DNA of 64,000 nucleotides from Malacoraja senta (taxonomy: Eukaryota): NCBI GenBank assembly GCA_038087875.1, contig CM075978.1:134292001-134356000 (forward strand), in the 5' to 3' direction. The notes under the pieces were generated by a model. The model ran no database searches and was not told where the DNA came from. It saw only the letters and a list, made by a program, of their open reading frames with translations. This document shows positions 60,566 through 64,000 of this stretch, in pieces. The first letter of the stretch is position 1. Each line of letters begins with the position of its first letter. Made by a program: the position numbers and the translations under genes.

Positions 60566-62003
60566 TAATTCTCCTTGAGGCCAACCTAATACACTCCATG
60601 TCATTGAGGTTGAAGCAGAGACCTCAGCATTTGAAATCATCGGTCCCTATGGGACAGAGGACCTCCTTTTGGATGGTTGAATGTTTTGCTGAGGAAGTAC
60701 CCAACAATTTTCTCTAAACATCTTTTCCACACATGCTGAGCTCAGAAAGCAAATGAAAATTTGGAGCTCAGAGGGGAGGAATTTGTCCTCTCACAAGCAC
60801 TAAGTATCTACATTTTTAGCAGCTGTATACTGTTTGTATCCAAAAGTGTAATGTAACATGCACCAATTACTTTAATGCACATTTGGTGCTGCAGACTCTG
60901 ATATTTGGTTTTTTTCCCCAGACTTCGTGCCCGACCTAGTTCAGTTAAACAGAAAGAATCCCTCAAAGTACATACATCTTCATTGTATTCTTTTTCACTA
61001 CAATACCTCTAAACTAGAGAAATAGTGACGGGGAACATTAAGGCTGATGGCTGTATTAAAATGGGATGTTCAACGGGTTAATTTACCCAATAACATTTCA
61101 TCACTTTGAAACATGATTGTCCAGATGATTTTATTTGTATGGAATTATTACACAATTGTGATTGTTGATATTAAGCCACAATATCTATGTATGCTTTTTT
61201 CTCTCTTTTTTTTGGTGTCATCATTTGTTGAAACAAAGAACCAAATGTTGAAAAGGCTGTGGTCCTTCCAGACCTTTTCTTATTTAAGTCTGACAGAGAA
61301 GTATCTTGGGGTCCTATATATATTTCCATTAGGAAAGGACATTTGTTTCTCCGCACTTTCTTGTGGTGCTCTACTTATCCACAAACGGATGTTTAGGTAA
61401 AATAAAAGAAAGGGAAATTAATATACAAAAGTGTAATTTTATAGTCCCATCTAAACTATTTCATCACAGAACTGAAAAAGAAGCCAAGATTATAAACATT
61501 AATTCCAACCTATACAATGATGAAAATTTACCATATCCATTTGAAGTCCATCATTTAAGATTTAGTTCTCGTGCAGGTTTTGTGTTGTGGCAATTGGGTG
61601 GAATAATGGTTGCATCTTATACATGCTAATATAGAAGGGAAAAAAAGTTTTAAAATAACTTTTCCCAAGATGGATTGAGTTTATGGAAAAAATGTGATTC
61701 TGCTGAACTGGAGGAATATATTAACTGAAGAGATTGTGCAAAGTATTCTTTAAATGTTCTTTAGCATTGATCTATTAATCATAGTTATATATTGAAGAGC
61801 AAAGTTACTTCATTTAGTTTGAGACATATACAGTTTCTATTGCACAATACGTCTGCGGTGGATGCAGTATATATGTATGATCACATAAAATAGTTTTGGA
61901 TTTATTATGGAACATAATATTTTATTTAAAATGTTATTAACTTAAAGCATAGTGGCTGATTGAAACTGAATCTGCTCACCCTGTTGTATTTTTCGATTGG
62001 CAG

Positions 62004-62198
62004 TTTAATAGGTGCATCACCTCACAGCTTATCAAGTGGTTCAGCAATTTCCGAGAATTTTACTACATCCAGATGGAGAAGTTTGCTCGTCAGTCTATTA
62101 ACGATGGGACAACAAGCACGGAGGAGCTGACTGTCTCCCGTGACTCTGAACTCTTCAGAGCCTTAAACATGCACTACAACAAAGCAAATGATTTTGAG
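62004..62198 (+). CDS. PROX1: PROX1 exon 4 (homeodomain helix 3 and prospero domain); gene continues beyond the window
   Basis: 195 nt encoding FNRCITSQLIKWFSNFREFYYIQMEKFARQSINDG...LNMHYNKANDFE. CAG acceptor at 62001-62003 and GTACGG donor at 62199; phase 0 at both ends. Confidence 0.97.
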
Positions 62199-64000
62199 GT
62201 ACGGGCTTGTTTGTTTTTATGTGAGCATTCAACAATAAGTGTGAAGACTGATGTTAACATTGTTTGGGCAGCAACCCTAGTTTATCATATTTCATGCAGA
62301 AATTTAAATTTTTTAAACTTTGAAAACAATGGAATCTTTGGCCGGCTGTCTGTTTTATTGCTCCCACATTGTGAGCTACTGAAAGTACAAGCTGATGAAA
62401 GATTAGTTACAATAATACTGTTGAAAATGATACTGGAAACCTAAGCAACACATCCTAACAATTTGTGCCTGCTAAAATTATGTTGCGATCCCAAGCAAAT
62501 GAAATTAAATTCATAGCTCGAGGTCCTAGTGTTGAAAGTTTATGGATCGCTCTTTGTTGTCTGCTAATTTTGTGCTTTGACCTTGGGTGTTCTCAGCAGT
62601 TCGTCTTTGATGTCAGTGAAATTTAAATTCCACTGTGTCACCAAACTCTTAGTATGACGCAATCTTCTTTTTAGAGGTCACCCAAACTAAAATATTTAAA
62701 CGTGTAGTGACCATGCCTACAATGTGGAAGGAAGTAAAACTAATTTTTAATTATACACCACATGGACCAATATTTTATAACAGATTATACTTTCTTGTTT
62801 ATAGCATGTTTACTAAATTATTCAGCAGATTTGTAAAAATTCAGGTACGGATAGGTAATGAAACAGGAATATAGTTGTATTAGTTTCATATCTAATTTTC
62901 CAAAGAAAATGCACATTAGGAAGGAAATATAAAGTGTATTGCTGCTAAGGGCTAGGAATGATCTCATTCAACAAACTTATAAAAGAAAATGTAAGGAAGG
63001 GGAATTCAATGGTTTTTTTTTAAATAGGAACAATTCTAAAGAATTGGGTCAATTTAGGAGAAATCTAGAAAACAAGTGACAATGACAGCAATAAGTCAGA
63101 ATAGTGATGGGCAAGTCGGATGTGAAGAGGAAATTGATGATTTGCACCAGTGAATAAAAAGTTGTATTGAGAAAAGGTTAGCATGAATTGAATCTGCCGT
63201 GAACAAAAATGGAATAGGGAGCAAAATAATCACTTGAAGTAACAAAACCTGCTTTAACACCACCCTGTTTTCTAATGAAATTTCTGGCTGTAAATAAAAT
63301 GCTCGTTCATTTTGGTTGAACATATGAAATTGAGACCATGATAGCACAATGGTAAAGTCGTCTTAGACCCATGCTAATGAAAGGGCCTTAAGTAATGCCC
63401 CCTTTTCAATCGTGTGCTTTGTGGATGATTGGGGCAGTTGTGAATTGTGCCATTAAGTAGAGGGGTCAGCTGCTTCGAATCTTGAAGACGGGGGAGCACA
63501 ATCAATAGTCAGAGGGAAGTTATTGGCAAGGGCTGTAGTGTATTCTTGAAAGTTGGAAAGGTTTGAAGTCAATGGGGTGTTTGAGACTGGTATTATGTCA
63601 TCGTCGGTCAGCAGAGTGTTTGGTAAGTGCTGAAGTTCCACAAGCTTGGGAAGTGTTTGGGAATCATTAGATTTTGGAATTATGTGGGAACGTCACAAAT
63701 CAAGTCAAGAATTTAAAGGTGACCTACTGCAATTAGGTTTCCTGCTCTGGCCTGGGCCATGCTAGGGAATGTCTGCCGTGAGCCCCCACAAAAAAACAGG
63801 TGTCACAGACCATTCATACCCTGCTTCTGTATGAGGAGCTTCTGAATCTCATAGACATCACTGAGATGGTATACAGACACACTTTGCATGTCATGGGATA
63901 TCACATTGCCTATCAAAGGTCTTTGGTGTGCAGTCCACGTTAGCCACACAGAGGACCCCAGCATGAAAATGGTGGAATTTACAATCTTGGTGGTAAGTCA

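Noticed and set aside
62073-62444. 123-aa ORF as a separate gene
   Set aside because: It is the internal part of PROX1 exon 4 plus intron read-through after the donor at 62199.

Overview
Vertebrate genomic DNA, very likely an elasmobranch (skate/ray/shark), judged from its HE1-like tRNA-derived SINEs and HER1/CR1 LINEs. The right half holds most of a PROX1 (prospero homeobox 1) gene on the + strand. It has a CpG-rich promoter and non-coding exon 1 (~35.5-35.9 kb), coding exon 2 (ATG 40782 to 42494), a minor-spliceosome (U12) AT-AC intron (42495-51482), exon 3 (51483-51590) and exon 4 (62004-62198); the last exon lies beyond the window. The left ~27 kb is dense with nested transposable elements: CR1, Rex1/Babar, Penelope-like, hAT, PIF/Harbinger MITEs, SINEs and a solo LTR, many with exact TIR/TSD boundaries. 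No novel protein-coding system is evident. The best candidates for undescribed biology are: (i) very short, TSD-flanked Penelope-derived inserts carrying a minimal hammerhead-ribozyme-like core; (ii) four PIF/Harbinger MITEs with the same ~14-bp end but largely unrelated interiors; (iii) a 7.1-kb hAT element with nested cargo and an in-frame Penelope-hAT junction; (iv) a module shared between MITEs with unrelated TIRs; (v) features around the U12 intron and 5'UTR of PROX1. Family names rest on recalled motifs, not on database searches.
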